The notes under the pieces were generated by a model, which saw only the letters and a program-made list of their open reading frames with translations, did not search any database and was not told where the DNA came from. This document shows positions 53,661-63,120 of a stretch of 64,000 bases of DNA, in pieces (position 1 is the first letter of the stretch; every line of letters begins with the position of its first letter). The translations under genes and the position numbers were made by a program. The stretch is taken from sequence record SRR31156797_208; one strand, written 5' to 3'.

Positions 53661-53980
53661 ATAAACTCAGTTGTCATGTGTTAGATACAGCGGGCGGACA
53701 TCCGGCTGCTAACATCGTCGTAAAACTATTTCGCTTGGGTAGTTTTGAATGCATCGCCGAGCAAACAACCAACGCTGATGGTCGTGCCGTATTTGAAGAT
53801 ATCAGTTTAGAGAAGCAAAACTACACACTGCGTTTTCTTGTTCAACCTTATTGTGAAGACCAATTTGGCTCATCGTTCTTCCCTATGATCGATGTCCACT
53901 TTACTGTTGCCGATGAGCGTAATTACCATATTCCGCTGCTGTTGGCGCCATATTCATACTCGAGTTATCGAGGTAGCTAA
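53657..53980 (+). CDS. uraH: 5-hydroxyisourate hydrolase
   Basis: LSCHVLDT, TNADGR, YHIPLLL...YRGS C-terminus. Confidence 0.95.
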   Translation: MNKLSCHVLDTAGGHPAANIVVKLFRLGSFECIAEQTTNADGRAVFEDISLEKQNYTLRFLVQPYCEDQFGSSFFPMIDVHFTVADERNYHIPLLLAPYSYSSYRGS

Positions 53981-53981
53981 T

Positions 53982-55349
53982 ATGGGGTTTCACGTACACC
54001 GAGGCAGTTTGCTTCACTTTCCAAAGACGACCCGCTCTCCAGCTGATAACTATCAATACTGGAACGACGGTGTGCTTGTGGTTGAAGATGGGCGAATCAA
54101 GCATGTAGGCGATGCCAAAGCGTTCTTTTCAAACTCAACCAACAAAGCACTGCTCATTCAGGGCCATGTGACTCAACATAACGGTTTACTTATTCCCGGG
54201 ATGATTGATTCACATGTTCATTTTCCACAAATAGAGATGATCGCCAGCTACGGTAAACAACTGCTCGACTGGTTAAACACTTATACGTTTCCAACCGAGT
54301 TAAGGTTTGCAAAGCAAGACTACTGCGATGCTCAGGCAGAGTTTTTCATCAACCAACTGTTTACTCATGGAACAACCACTGCGAGTGTTTTCGCGACCGT
54401 ACATCCTCAGTCTGTAAACGCATTTTTTACCGCAGCAGAACGTCATAATGCGCGTATGATTTGCGGAAAAGTGATGATGGATCGTTTCTGTCCTGACGAA
54501 CTTCAGGACACACCGGAATCCGGTTATCGAGACAGCAAAGCACTGATTGAGCGCTGGCATAAAAACGGGCGTTCGTTATATGCCATCACTCCCCGTTTTG
54601 CACCAACCAGTACGCCAGAACAGCTGGTAAAAGTCGGTCAACTGGCACAAGAACACCCAGATGCATTTATTCAAACTCATTTAAGCGAAAACCACGGTGA
54701 AATGGCTTGGGTAAAAGATCTGTTTCCTGAGGATGAAGACTATCTTGCGGTTTATGAACGTCATCACCTCGTTCGTGAACGTGCCCTGTTCGGTCACGCG
54801 TTGCACCTGAATGACCGTGAGTTTCAATCACTTTCAGCAAACGGTGCCGCAATTGCATTTTGCCCATCATCCAACCTGTTTCTTGGCAGCGGCTTGTTTG
54901 ATTATCAAAAAGCGAAAGACGCAGGCATCCCTGTCGCCATTGCCAGCGATGTCGGTGCTGGAACCAGTCTGAGCCTACTACGCAACCAGAGTGATGCGTA
55001 TAAGGTGTGTCAGCTACAGGGTGTCAGCCTGGATGCGTTTGAATCTCTGTATCTGTGTACTCAGGGCGCAGCAGCGGCAATGGGTTTAGAAGACAAAATA
55101 GGTAATTTTAATATCGGCAGCGAAGCCGATTTTGTAGAACTCGATCTTACTGCGTTTCCTATGCTCAAGCAGCGTGTCATGCGCTGTCAGGAATTGTCAG
55201 AACAACTTTTCGCTTTGGTCACACTGGGTGACGAGCGAGTGATCGAGAAAACGTATGTTCATGGAAAATTAGTATATCAAAAGGAAGTAATATTATGTGG
55301 CCACAACTCTACGAATGGTTTGCGTTATTTATCAAGTGGTTCCATGTAA
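53982..55349 (+). CDS. guaD: Guanine deaminase
   Basis: IDSHVHFPQ, LLDWLNTYTFPTE, ITPRFAPT, QTHLSEN, SNLFLGSGLF, DVGAGTS. Confidence 0.95.
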   Translation: MGFHVHRGSLLHFPKTTRSPADNYQYWNDGVLVVEDGRIKHVGDAKAFFSNSTNKALLIQGHVTQHNGLLIPGMIDSHVHFPQIEMIASYGKQLLDWLNTYTFPTELRFAKQDYCDAQAEFFINQLFTHGTTTASVFATVHPQSVNAFFTAAERHNARMICGKVMMDRFCPDELQDTPESGYRDSKALIERWHKNGRSLYAITPRFAPTSTPEQLVKVGQLAQEHPDAFIQTHLSENHGEMAWVKDLFPEDEDYLAVYERHHLVRERALFGHALHLNDREFQSLSANGAAIAFCPSSNLFLGSGLFDYQKAKDAGIPVAIASDVGAGTSLSLLRNQSDAYKVCQLQGVSLDAFESLYLCTQGAAAAMGLEDKIGNFNIGSEADFVELDLTAFPMLKQRVMRCQELSEQLFALVTLGDERVIEKTYVHGKLVYQKEVILCGHNSTNGLRYLSSGSM

Positions 55350-56566
55350 TCTGTGGCGTTGCCTGGATTGGAGCAAGTTTCTATTTCACATGGTTAGACA
55401 ACATGTTGGAAACACCGCCTAAATGGAAACAGGATAAAGGCATTAAAGGTGATCTTTGGGCGGTACACGGTGGTGGTTTCTACGAAGTGGCTAAATACAA
55501 AGTTGGCCCGGAGAAAATGCCAGAAAACCTGCACTGGTTTAAGTGGGAAGCGTATACCACTTGGTTAACCGGTACGGCACTGCTAATTTGGATGTACTAC
55601 TTTAACGCTCAGGCTTACCTGATTGATCCTCGGGTAATGGAACTATCGACACTGCAAGCCGTTGGCTTAGGCATTGGTGGTATTTTCCTTGGCGTAGTGG
55701 TTTATGAAGGCTTGATGCGCTCTCCGTTAAACCGCTCAACCCCGCTATTTGTTGCCGTACTGATTCTGTTTGGTGCCCTATTCTTCTACGCTTTCGCCCA
55801 CTTATTCAGTGGCCGTGGTGCGTTTATCCATATGGGTGCGTTAATCGGATCAATCATGGTCAACAACGTTTTTCATAAGATAATTCCCGGCCAGCGCAAA
55901 ATGGTGAAACAGGTAGCGGCGGGCGAAGATGTTGACCCGGCACCGGGCTTAGAAGGCAAGCGTCGTTCTATTCATAACAACTACTTCACTCTGCCAATCA
56001 TCTTCCTGATGATCAGTAACCACTACCCAATGGTTTATCAGCACGCACAAAGCTGGTTAGTCGGATTGTTAATTATGCTTATCAGTGCTTACATTCGTCA
56101 TTACTTCAACCTCAAGCACGCTGGTCAATCAAAGCCTAGCGTAATGTACACAGGTGCTGCTGCTATGTTCGCACTGGCTATCGTTATTAGCTGGCAAGCC
56201 ACTGAGCAAATGCATATGGCAAAAACAACAGCTAAAACCGCGACGACAGAAACGGTGTCCGTTGTTGGTAGTGATACAGTAGCAACAAGCGCTGAATCTG
56301 CTCCACAACTCACTCAGCAACAGCATGACGCGTTTGAAATTATTCAAACCCGATGCAGCCAGTGCCACAGTTCAACACCGACAGACGATATTTTTACCGT
56401 TGCTCAAGGTGGGGTGATGTTCGACAACTGGCAAGACGTTGAACGCTGGAAGCCTCGCATTCTTGCGCGTGCGGTAGCCAGTGGCGACATGCCATTCCTT
56501 AACAAGACCAAAATGACCGATGAAGAACGTCAACAGCTTGGTGAACTGTTAAACGCAATCAATTAA
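55295..56566 (+). CDS. puuD: Membrane urate hydroxylase/oxidase with a C-terminal cytochrome c
   Basis: WFHVICGVAWIGASFYF, WAVHGGGFY, HWFKWEAYTTW, RSIHNNYFTLP, heme motif CSQCH. Confidence 0.92.
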   Translation: MWPQLYEWFALFIKWFHVICGVAWIGASFYFTWLDNMLETPPKWKQDKGIKGDLWAVHGGGFYEVAKYKVGPEKMPENLHWFKWEAYTTWLTGTALLIWMYYFNAQAYLIDPRVMELSTLQAVGLGIGGIFLGVVVYEGLMRSPLNRSTPLFVAVLILFGALFFYAFAHLFSGRGAFIHMGALIGSIMVNNVFHKIIPGQRKMVKQVAAGEDVDPAPGLEGKRRSIHNNYFTLPIIFLMISNHYPMVYQHAQSWLVGLLIMLISAYIRHYFNLKHAGQSKPSVMYTGAAAMFALAIVISWQATEQMHMAKTTAKTATTETVSVVGSDTVATSAESAPQLTQQQHDAFEIIQTRCSQCHSSTPTDDIFTVAQGGVMFDNWQDVERWKPRILARAVASGDMPFLNKTKMTDEERQQLGELLNAIN

Positions 56567-56591
56567 CACTAAGTCGAAACACGCTTCTCTC

Positions 56592-56621
56592 AAACCACTG
56601 GCTCTCGCTGGTGGTTTTTTT
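56592..56621 (+). terminator. Intrinsic terminator ending the purine operon
   Basis: AAACCACTGGC-TCTC-GCTGGTGGTTT followed by a T run. Confidence 0.8.
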
Positions 56622-56787
56622 ATTCAAAATTACGCATGTCGCTAACAGCAGTTAATTAAATTGCAAATAGCTTGGTTTGATCATTATTTAGGCGTGAATT
56701 TGCAGACTTACTGCGTTGAACTAAACTAAATCTAAATAGAACCTGCCACAATTGTGTGGTCAATACATTTTTATCTAAGAGGTTAGT

Positions 56788-58818
56788 ATGAAGCTTCATT
56801 CAATAAGATTAAAAATGATGTTACCCATTATTGTACTAACTGTATTAGTGCTCGCTATTTTTGCATTTATGGAAATCATAATAAAAATAGAAGAGCGAGC
56901 GATGGAGAAGCAGACCAAATCATACTTTGAGGCGATAGCCGTTGTTCTCAATGCAGACAGAGATATTTATCAAGCTCGTCTAGCTCAAGCGACTATGTTA
57001 TCGAACTACGGTGACAAACAGGCACAGCAAAAAGATTTCGATGAAAATGCCCAACAAGTCTACGAGCGTTTTCAAAGTTTTCGTCAGTACCTTAGTGATG
57101 AGCCCGAACTGATCAAGCCTTTTGAAAACTTTGATCGACGCTACCAAGACTGGGTTCAAGCCAGCCAAAACGTCAGTTCTGTCTATATTGCAAGTCAAGC
57201 GATTAAAAATAGAGCTGAGGCCATTGACCAAGAATTTCTGACCATGCGAAATCTACTTGATCAGGCGGAAGCCAAACTGCGTATTCACGTCGCAAACGTG
57301 AGCCAAACAGCCGACCGACAGCAGCTTAAACGTTATCTTGATGCCCTTGCAGAAGTCCTTAATGCCGACCGTGACTTGTACCAAGCTCGTCTGGCTCAAC
57401 AAAAATATTTAACAAAGCTCGGAGACCCTGCTACGAACCTCGATAACTTTCAAGAGAATGCCTTGCAAGCAAATAACCGTTTTCAGTCATACATTACTTT
57501 AATGTCTCCTGAACCGGCGTTTGTTACCCCTTATGGAGAGTTCGATAAGTTATTTTCAAGCTGGTTTAAAGACAGCTCGACACTCATGGATTCCGAAGAA
57601 TTCAAAACATCAGTTAAACAAGAGGACATACTGGCAAGTACAGATGAAAAATTTGAACTGGTTCGCGATGTTCTAGATAAAGCTGGGGAAGCGGTAAGAA
57701 ACCAAGGCCGTTTAAAAGAGCAACAAACCTCCCAACAAATTGAAAGTTATAAAAATATCGTTATCGTCGTTGTTGTAATCGGCTTCATCATTGCGTTTTT
57801 TATTAGTTACTATATTCCTAAAAGTATTACTCAGAATGTAAACAACATATCAAAAAGAATACGTGAAATTTCAGAAGGCGATGGTGATCTAACCGCACGT
57901 ATTAATTCAGCCTCTAAAGATGAATTGGGGATTCTCGCCAATGAATTCGACTCTTTTCTCAACAATTTGCAAGAGATCATGCGTGCCATCCAATCAAAGA
58001 GTTCCGCACTGGGTGATTCGACTTACAAGCTTGAATCTGTTGCGAACTCTGTCAACGACATCACCCAAAAGCTGGTTGAATCCAGTGACTCTATTGTCAG
58101 CGCAGCCAGTGAAATGTCCGTATCCAACGCGCAGATGGCCGAAGTCGCTTCAAACACATCCGATGAATCAACCCAAGCAACCGGACACATTGACCGAGGC
58201 CGCAACGTTGTGAACTCTTCACACGCCAGTATCGATTCACTGGTCGACAACATTGAAGTGACCATGACCAAAGCTGAAGAATTGCAGAAAAACTCTGAAG
58301 CCATTTCGTCGGTGCTGGAAGTTATCCGCGGAATCGCTGATCAAACTAACCTTCTGGCACTCAATGCAGCGATTGAAGCAGCACGTGCTGGTGAATTTGG
58401 TCGGGGGTTTGCTGTCGTTGCCGAAGAAGTGCGTAAACTCGCCACCCAAACCGGTGAAAGCACGAACCAAATTGAGCAAATGATCAGCCAGTTAACCGAC
58501 AGCGTATCTGATTCATTCACCGCAATTAAACTAAGTAAAGATAACGCCAACAGTGCCGTTGATAACTTTGACAGTGTGATTCAAGTGTTTGATGCACTTA
58601 ATCATTCTTTCAACTCTGTCCGCGATTTGTCTGAACAGACGGCCCTCGCCACTCAGGAGCAATCTAGCGTCTCTAATGAGATAAACCAAAACCTAATTTC
58701 AATGAAAGACCAAACCGATGGTGTAGACCGAGCCTCTAAAGAGATCCGCCAGCAGTTCGACGACCTAAACAATGTTTACCTTGAACTTAACGCTCAGGTA
58801 TCGAAGTTTAGGGTTTGA
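56788..58818 (+). CDS. Methyl-accepting chemotaxis protein with a duplicated helical sensor domain
   Basis: Two TMs, HAMP (GDGDLTARI...DELG), [37 protein letters not shown]. Confidence 0.95.
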   Translation: MKLHSIRLKMMLPIIVLTVLVLAIFAFMEIIIKIEERAMEKQTKSYFEAIAVVLNADRDIYQARLAQATMLSNYGDKQAQQKDFDENAQQVYERFQSFRQYLSDEPELIKPFENFDRRYQDWVQASQNVSSVYIASQAIKNRAEAIDQEFLTMRNLLDQAEAKLRIHVANVSQTADRQQLKRYLDALAEVLNADRDLYQARLAQQKYLTKLGDPATNLDNFQENALQANNRFQSYITLMSPEPAFVTPYGEFDKLFSSWFKDSSTLMDSEEFKTSVKQEDILASTDEKFELVRDVLDKAGEAVRNQGRLKEQQTSQQIESYKNIVIVVVVIGFIIAFFISYYIPKSITQNVNNISKRIREISEGDGDLTARINSASKDELGILANEFDSFLNNLQEIMRAIQSKSSALGDSTYKLESVANSVNDITQKLVESSDSIVSAASEMSVSNAQMAEVASNTSDESTQATGHIDRGRNVVNSSHASIDSLVDNIEVTMTKAEELQKNSEAISSVLEVIRGIADQTNLLALNAAIEAARAGEFGRGFAVVAEEVRKLATQTGESTNQIEQMISQLTDSVSDSFTAIKLSKDNANSAVDNFDSVIQVFDALNHSFNSVRDLSEQTALATQEQSSVSNEINQNLISMKDQTDGVDRASKEIRQQFDDLNNVYLELNAQVSKFRV

Positions 58819-59079
58819 CAACAAAAATGGTCTCAATCCAATACGTTGATCTCAAGAGGGTATAGCGTTGGTAATTCTAATTAACTATCACTAATTAGCC
58901 GTGAAGGTAAAGTCAACCCGACGTCCGCCATTTAATATTACATTTTTCACATATGACTGATGAGTAACGAAATGACATCATTACAATTAAAACAGCTTTG
59001 TAGCTAGACACAAGATGCTGTACGTTTACTTTGTATAAAAGTACTGTTCTGCTGGTTAGTGTTTAGGATATAGAGAAGT

Positions 59080-60285
59080 ATGTTTAGTTATATAGCAAGA
59101 CAACCCATATTAGATGATGAATTAGAGATTGTGGGATACGAACTGCTCTATCGTGATGGCCCTAATAATGCTTTTCCTCAAGGACCAACGAGCGGAATTA
59201 CACAGAAGATTTTTGTTGATCAGCATTTGACCTACCACACGACTCTGTTAGGTGACAAACTCGGGTTCGTAAATTTCGATTACGATGATTTAATTAATGA
59301 GCTCCCTCAAGATTTCCCAAAAGATGCGTATATCATTGAAATACTAGAGACTTGTGAACCAGACGATGAACTTTTTCATTCTTTACAAAATCTTAAGAAC
59401 AACGGATACACAATCGCACTAGATGACTTTGCCGTTAATGACAAGCGCTGGAGTGCGTTCATCGAATTAGCCGACATTATCAAGTTAGACATACAAGCCT
59501 ACCCACTTAAGCAAATTAGAGTCATCGTTAAAGAATTAATAGCAAACGGTAAAAAACTACTTGCAGAGAAGGTAGAAACCTATTCTGAATACCATGAAGC
59601 TAAATCTATCGGATTTTCGCTATTTCAGGGCTATTTTTTCTCAAAGCCAGAGCTCATCAAACACAATAAACTTGATGAAGTTTTTAAAGCCAACATAGAA
59701 CTACTGCAAGAAGTCAGTAAGGATGGCTTTTCAGTTAATACTGTTGAAAAGATCATATCCAAGAGTACGACTCTAACAATACGTCTACTTAATTATGTCA
59801 ACAGTCAAGTATCTGTTCGTTCTAAGATAAGCTCGCTCAATCAAGCTATTTCTTATTTAGGTAAAGATCGCTTGAAACGATTTTCATCTCACTTACTCAT
59901 ATCATGGTCTCCAGTAAGTAAGCCTAATATTTTGTTTATTAACTCGCTATATCGTGCCCATTTGCTGCAAGGTTTAGCGAGCAGTCTTTATGACTCAAGT
60001 ATTTCTAACAAAGCCTTTATCACCGGCATGTTGTCACTGATAGATGCACTTCTCGATAAGGACATGTCTGATATTCTTGTTAGTCTAAACTTAGATGAGG
60101 AGATCACAGCCGCTATCGCAGAACGCAAAGGAAAACTTGGTGAGTTATTGCTGCTGGCTGAAGCCCTTGAGAAGGGAGACTGGGATCACGTTGCATCGTT
60201 TCAACTCGGAAACAAACAATCACTCTCTTCAATTCCAACGCTATACATGTCGACAATTGAAAACGTTAACAGATATGTTGATTGA
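59080..60285 (+). CDS. EAL-HDOD protein (YuxH/CdgJ-like c-di-GMP phosphodiesterase)
   Basis: ARQPI, YELLYR, IALDDF, EKVET, FQGYFFSKP, TGMLSLIDALL. Confidence 0.88.
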   Translation: MFSYIARQPILDDELEIVGYELLYRDGPNNAFPQGPTSGITQKIFVDQHLTYHTTLLGDKLGFVNFDYDDLINELPQDFPKDAYIIEILETCEPDDELFHSLQNLKNNGYTIALDDFAVNDKRWSAFIELADIIKLDIQAYPLKQIRVIVKELIANGKKLLAEKVETYSEYHEAKSIGFSLFQGYFFSKPELIKHNKLDEVFKANIELLQEVSKDGFSVNTVEKIISKSTTLTIRLLNYVNSQVSVRSKISSLNQAISYLGKDRLKRFSSHLLISWSPVSKPNILFINSLYRAHLLQGLASSLYDSSISNKAFITGMLSLIDALLDKDMSDILVSLNLDEEITAAIAERKGKLGELLLLAEALEKGDWDHVASFQLGNKQSLSSIPTLYMSTIENVNRYVD

Positions 60286-60482
60286 AAATATGAATGATAT
60301 GGTTAGACCAAATAGTAAAATGGGGTGATGCAAGTAGCTAAGCTCACCCTGTTTAGACGACCACACAACTTCTCCTTCCTATTTAACTCACTTGCTGATT
60401 AAAAATTGAAATGCTATGACAAAGCTTGCATTATGCTTGGGTACAAAAAAAGCAGTATTGCGTGATGAGCTAAAAGGAAAAT

Positions 60483-60986
60483 ATGGCAGTTTTAGAGATT
60501 CTTACGGCACCCAATCCAAGGCTTAGAGTAAAAGCGGAAAAAGTTCAGGACATTTCATTGGTTCAGATATTGATCGACGATATGTTGGAAACATTATATG
60601 CCACTGACAACGGGATAGGTTTAGCTGCAACTCAAGTCGGTCGTAAAGAAGCTGTGGTGATTATCGACCTATCAGAAAACCGAGACACGCCATTAATTTT
60701 GATTAACCCTGAAGTGGTCAATGGTTCAAACAAAGCGCTAGGCCAAGAGGGCTGTTTATCAGTGCCCGACTACTATGCGGATGTGGAACGTTTTACCTCT
60801 GTTGTGATATCGGCATTAGATCGTGAAGGTAAGCCAATCACAATTGAAAGTGATGATTTTTCAGCCATCGTAATGCAGCACGAAATCGACCATTTGTCCG
60901 GTAACTTGTTTATTGATTATCTTTCGCCACTTAAGCGTCAAATGGCAATGAAAAAGGTTAAAAAATACGTCAAAGAACATTCTTAA
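60483..60986 (+). CDS. def: Peptide deformylase
   Basis: GIGLAATQ, EGCLS, QHEIDH; not followed by fmt, so probably a paralog. Confidence 0.95.
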   Translation: MAVLEILTAPNPRLRVKAEKVQDISLVQILIDDMLETLYATDNGIGLAATQVGRKEAVVIIDLSENRDTPLILINPEVVNGSNKALGQEGCLSVPDYYADVERFTSVVISALDREGKPITIESDDFSAIVMQHEIDHLSGNLFIDYLSPLKRQMAMKKVKKYVKEHS

Positions 60987-61058
60987 CGACAATACTTCAC
61001 CTCAAGCCATGATAGATCTTCCTATGACGCTCTAAGAATGAAATAACCAAATGTAAAT

Positions 61059-61083
61059 AAAAAGCTCCTAACCAGAGCTTTTT
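61059..61083. terminator. Bidirectional terminator
   Basis: AAAAAGCTC-N7-GAGCTTTTT between convergent genes. Confidence 0.75.
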
Positions 61084-61107
61084 AAGCGGGTGTGAGTAGA
61101 ACCGGTA

Positions 61108-62313
61108 TTACTTTGCAACCACTAACGCCGTGCCCATTCCACCACCAATACATAATGACGCTAAACCCGTTTGAGCATTCGAACGCTGCATTTCATAAAT
61201 TAGGCTTGTCACAATACGGCCACCTGAAGCGCCAATTGGGTGACCTAACGCGATTGCCCCACCATTGACATTCACTCGTTGGTCAAACCATGACTCATCT
61301 AAGTTATGTTGCTCAGCCAGACTTTTTACAACCCCAATAGCTTGTGCTGCAAACGCTTCATTTAGCTCCACTTTATCAATATCGGATAGGTTGAGTTTTG
61401 CTCTCCTTAAAGCCTGCTTAATCGCTGGCACCGGACCTAACCCCATTACTTCAGGAGCTACACCGCCCTGACCAATGGAGACCACTTCAACCAACGGTGT
61501 TAACCCATGTTGTTGAACAGCATTTTCACTGGCAACGATAAGTGCGAATGCACCATCATTAATACCGGAAGCATTTCCCGCAGTCACTGTCCCCTGTTTC
61601 TTAAATGCCGGGCGAAGTGTTGATAACGCCTCAAGACTTGCGCCAAACCGTGGATGTTCATCAGTATCCACAGTGACCGAACCTTTTCGATTTTGTATTT
61701 CTATTGGCACAATTTCTTCACTAAAACGTCCCGCTTTTATTGCCACTTCTGCTTTTTGCTGGCTGGCTAACGCAAACTTGTCCTGAGATTCACGGCTAAT
61801 CTCAAACTGCTGTGCAATATTTTCCGCCGTAATGCCCATATGAATATCTGAAAAGGCGTCGGTTAAACCGTCTTTTAAGATGGTATCAGTGGCAGAGAAG
61901 TCGCCCATTTTGTTACCAGACCGAAGGTGACCATTCATCACAAACGGCGCGTTGCTCATACTCTCCATACCTGCTGCCACAATAATGTCAGCATCGCCGG
62001 CTCGTACGGAGGTTACCGCATTTAAAATGGCTTTCATGCCACTACCACAAATCATATTCAGAGTATAAGCGGGGGTCTTCGCAGGAATGCCAGCAAGTAT
62101 AGCGGCTTGTCGACCGACACCCTGCCCTTGTCCTGCGCTTAACACGTTGCCTGCAATCACTTCATCAATATAGTCAGGCGCAATACCTGACTGTTCTAGA
62201 GCCGCTTTTATGGCCCTTGTTCCTAGCTCGACAGCCGATAATGAAGATAAGGCGCCCATGAAAGAGCCAATAGCTGTGCGCTTAGCGGCAACAATATACA
62301 CTTTGTTATTCAT
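61108..62313 (-). CDS. Acetyl-CoA C-acetyltransferase (thiolase)
   Basis: NMICGSG, NEAFAAQ, GHPIGASG, SLCIGGGMG; GAGGA SD before MNNKV. Confidence 0.94.
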   Translation of the reverse strand: MNNKVYIVAAKRTAIGSFMGALSSLSAVELGTRAIKAALEQSGIAPDYIDEVIAGNVLSAGQGQGVGRQAAILAGIPAKTPAYTLNMICGSGMKAILNAVTSVRAGDADIIVAAGMESMSNAPFVMNGHLRSGNKMGDFSATDTILKDGLTDAFSDIHMGITAENIAQQFEISRESQDKFALASQQKAEVAIKAGRFSEEIVPIEIQNRKGSVTVDTDEHPRFGASLEALSTLRPAFKKQGTVTAGNASGINDGAFALIVASENAVQQHGLTPLVEVVSIGQGGVAPEVMGLGPVPAIKQALRRAKLNLSDIDKVELNEAFAAQAIGVVKSLAEQHNLDESWFDQRVNVNGGAIALGHPIGASGGRIVTSLIYEMQRSNAQTGLASLCIGGGMGTALVVAK

Positions 62314-62328
62314 AGTATTGTTCCTCAA

Positions 62329-63063
62329 TCAAAGCACCAAGCCGCCGTCGATTTTTAAAACTTGTCCGGTAATAAAACTGGATTTATCACTGGCCAGGAA
62401 CTCAACACCATTGGCAATATCTTGTGTTGTTCCCATTCGTCCTAACGGTGTTTTCTCTTTCATCATATTGAGGACTTTTGTAGGTAAGTCAGCGGTCATC
62501 GGCGTTTCGACGAACCCCGGAGCGACACAGTTTGACCTTACCTGTGCACCTTTACGCGCAAACTCTTTCGCCCAGCTTTTACTCATGGCAATAACGCCGC
62601 CTTTGGTTGCCGCATAATTGCTTTGTCCGATATTGCCGTCAGTCCCCACAACAGAAGACATGGTGACGATTGAGCCGTAGTTGTTTTCAATCATTAACGG
62701 AGCCACCGCTTGAGTAAGGTTAAATACGCCTTTTAGGTTTACATCGATGACCAAATCCCAATCTGCTTCACTCATCTTGTCAATTAATCCATCCCGAGTA
62801 ACGCCTGCGTTATTCACCAACACATCTATTCTTCCAAACTGCGCCTGTATGCTGGCGACGAGTTCTGCAATCCCTCGTCGGTCACAGATATTGAGATTGA
62901 CCGGAACGACGCGTTCCACATGAGAGTAAGCTTCCATTAGCGCTTGGTCGTTCATATCAATGGCGTACACCATTTCAGCACCCTGAGTATAAAAGCGCTC
63001 CACGACCGCTTTACCAATACCTTGTGCTGCACCAGTTACAATACATACCTTGTTTTGAAACAT
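62329..63063 (-). CDS. FabG-like SDR (3-oxoacyl-ACP/CoA reductase)
   Basis: TGAAQGIG, NNAG, YAATK, VAPGF. Confidence 0.9.
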   Translation of the reverse strand: MFQNKVCIVTGAAQGIGKAVVERFYTQGAEMVYAIDMNDQALMEAYSHVERVVPVNLNICDRRGIAELVASIQAQFGRIDVLVNNAGVTRDGLIDKMSEADWDLVIDVNLKGVFNLTQAVAPLMIENNYGSIVTMSSVVGTDGNIGQSNYAATKGGVIAMSKSWAKEFARKGAQVRSNCVAPGFVETPMTADLPTKVLNMMKEKTPLGRMGTTQDIANGVEFLASDKSSFITGQVLKIDGGLVL

Positions 63064-63120
63064 ATTTGCTGACCTTTTATCTTTCTTATTGAAGTGTAGG
63101 GGTTATAGGACCTTCAGCGT

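Noticed and set aside
27305-56566. Nitrogen block as a mobile element
   Set aside because: No integrase, transposase, tRNA target or flanking direct repeats seen.
56700-56787. Sigma28 promoter or RutR site before the MCP
   Set aside because: TAAA...GCCACAAT has poor spacing and match, and only a single TGGTCAA half-site is present.
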